DNA of 64,000 bases from Octopus sinensis (Eukaryota). A model generated the notes under the pieces. It was given only the letters and a program-made list of their open reading frames with translations. It did no database searches and was not told the DNA's origin. Below, in pieces: positions 62,921 through 64,000 of this stretch. The position numbers and the translations under genes are program-made. The stretch covers positions 76,260,001-76,324,000 of the forward strand of contig NC_042998.1 in assembly GCF_006345805.1 (NCBI RefSeq). Reading direction: 5' to 3'. How positions within the stretch are numbered: position 1 is the first letter of the stretch; every line of letters begins with the position of its first letter.

Positions 62921-63150
62921 ACTCTTTTTACTCATTTACTTGTTTCAGTCATTTGACTGTGGCCATGCTGGAGCACTGCCTTTAGTCGATCAAATTGACC
63001 TCAGGACTTATTCTTTGTAAGCCTAGTACTTTTTTGCCAAACTGCTAAGTTATGGGGACGTAAACACACCACCATCGGTTGTCAAGCGATATTGGGGGAC
63101 AGACACAGACACGCAAAGATATACACACACATACATACATATATACATAT
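62921..63150 (-). mobile_element. SINE family A, 3' part
   Basis: Reverse complement of the family A tail. Confidence 0.8.
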
Positions 63151-63192
63151 GTATGTATCAAATGAAATAAAAAACAGAACACAAAGGATGTC

Positions 63193-63284
63193 GCGGTACA
63201 CATGTTTCGAGCTTTATAAAACAACTTATTCTTACATCAATGTATAATCGACATAACAGATAGTTTAAAGCCCTCTTCAGCCGC
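63193..63284 (-). ncRNA. Type I hammerhead ribozyme motif, intact core
   Basis: Minus strand reads GCGG CUGAAGA GGGCUUUA [49 nt] UAAAGCUC GAAAC AUGU GUA/CCGC. Stem I is 4 bp, stem II is 8 bp with one G-U, and the cleavage triplet is GUA. Confidence 0.85.
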
Positions 63285-63624
63285 ATGCAATTGCTACACC
63301 AAAGACTTGTATCACATTATGAAAGGTTTGAGAAAGAACATTTGGTATTATTTATAATGGTAGGTAAATTGAGTATCACTGAGAAAGTATGTTTGTAAAT
63401 CTTCATAATCAAATAGGTGTACAGGGTATTATTGGACTCCAAAAATCCGCCCATACCGTTTTCTCACTCAATATCAATAATACCCTGTACACCTATTTGA
63501 TTATGAAGATTTACAAACATACTTTCTCAGTGATACTCAATTTACCTACCATTATAAATAATACCAAATGTTCTTTTTTGGACCTTTTATAATGTGATAC
63601 AAGTCTTTGGTGTAGCAATTGCAT

Positions 63625-63717
63625 GCGGCTGAAGAAGGCTTTTAAACTATCTGTTAAGTCGATTATACATTGATGTAAGAATAAGTTGTTTTATAAAGCT
63701 CGAAACATGTGCACTGC
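63625..63717 (+). ncRNA. Mutated inverted copy of the 63193 hammerhead (probably inactive)
   Basis: GCGG CUGAAGA AGGCUUUU...UAAAGCUC GAAAC AUGU GCA CUGC. Changes are G10.1>A, U16.1>C and one stem I C>U. Confidence 0.75.
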
Positions 63718-63842
63718 GACATCCTTTGTGTTCTGTTTTTTATTTCATTTGATACATATATCCTCTCACCTGTGCTACTAGCTGGCATATACAGGTGCTT
63801 ACACTTATCAAGTATTCACCCTGAATTTATTGTACCTACCCT

Positions 63843-63885
<43 letters not shown>

Positions 63886-64000
63886 TTAGTTGGCCTACTC
63901 GCTTAGCCAGCTAGGTGGCGTCATTTGAAGGCTAAAACAATGCGAAGCGCATTGTGACCAGCGATGTGTAACAACATCTGATAGCCTGGTCGGTCACGGT

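Larger units (their letters stand above)
63152..63758. mobile_element. ~607-bp palindromic element with outward-reading hammerheads (likely Penelope-like pLTR inversion)
   Basis: Arms 63152-63434 and 63475-63758 are near-identical inverted repeats around a 40-bp spacer. Each arm ends in a hammerhead plus a T-rich tail. Confidence 0.75.

Overview
AT-rich, repeat-dense eukaryotic DNA. The SINE/RTE landscape and long (TA)n tracts look like an octopod cephalopod; this is inferred from familiarity, not from a search. Two host genes lie tail-to-tail at the left end: the last two coding exons of a CCDC174 homolog (+, 604-1622) and a complete five-exon Tctex-type dynein light chain, DYNLT1 (-, 19089 to 1891, 113 aa). 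The ORF track misses DYNLT1 because its exons are short. The rest is mobile DNA: many RTE LINE fragments, CR1/Jockey-group fragments, several tRNA-derived SINEs, a decayed mariner, a DD37D maT element, TTAA MITEs, Helitrons, a Merlin transposase relic with Merlin-like MITEs, and a decayed Ty3/Gypsy provirus with a solo LTR in its integrase. The most notable unannotated signal is a set of type I hammerhead ribozyme motifs in sequence-unrelated elements that end at simple-sequence tracts. Two have all core nucleotides and an unusually long stem II insert (26946-27029 and 63193-63284, both minus strand). The second is one arm of a ~607-bp palindrome whose other arm carries a mutated copy. The Gypsy element also lacks a tRNA primer-binding site and instead has a segment complementary to its own LTR, suggesting self-priming.
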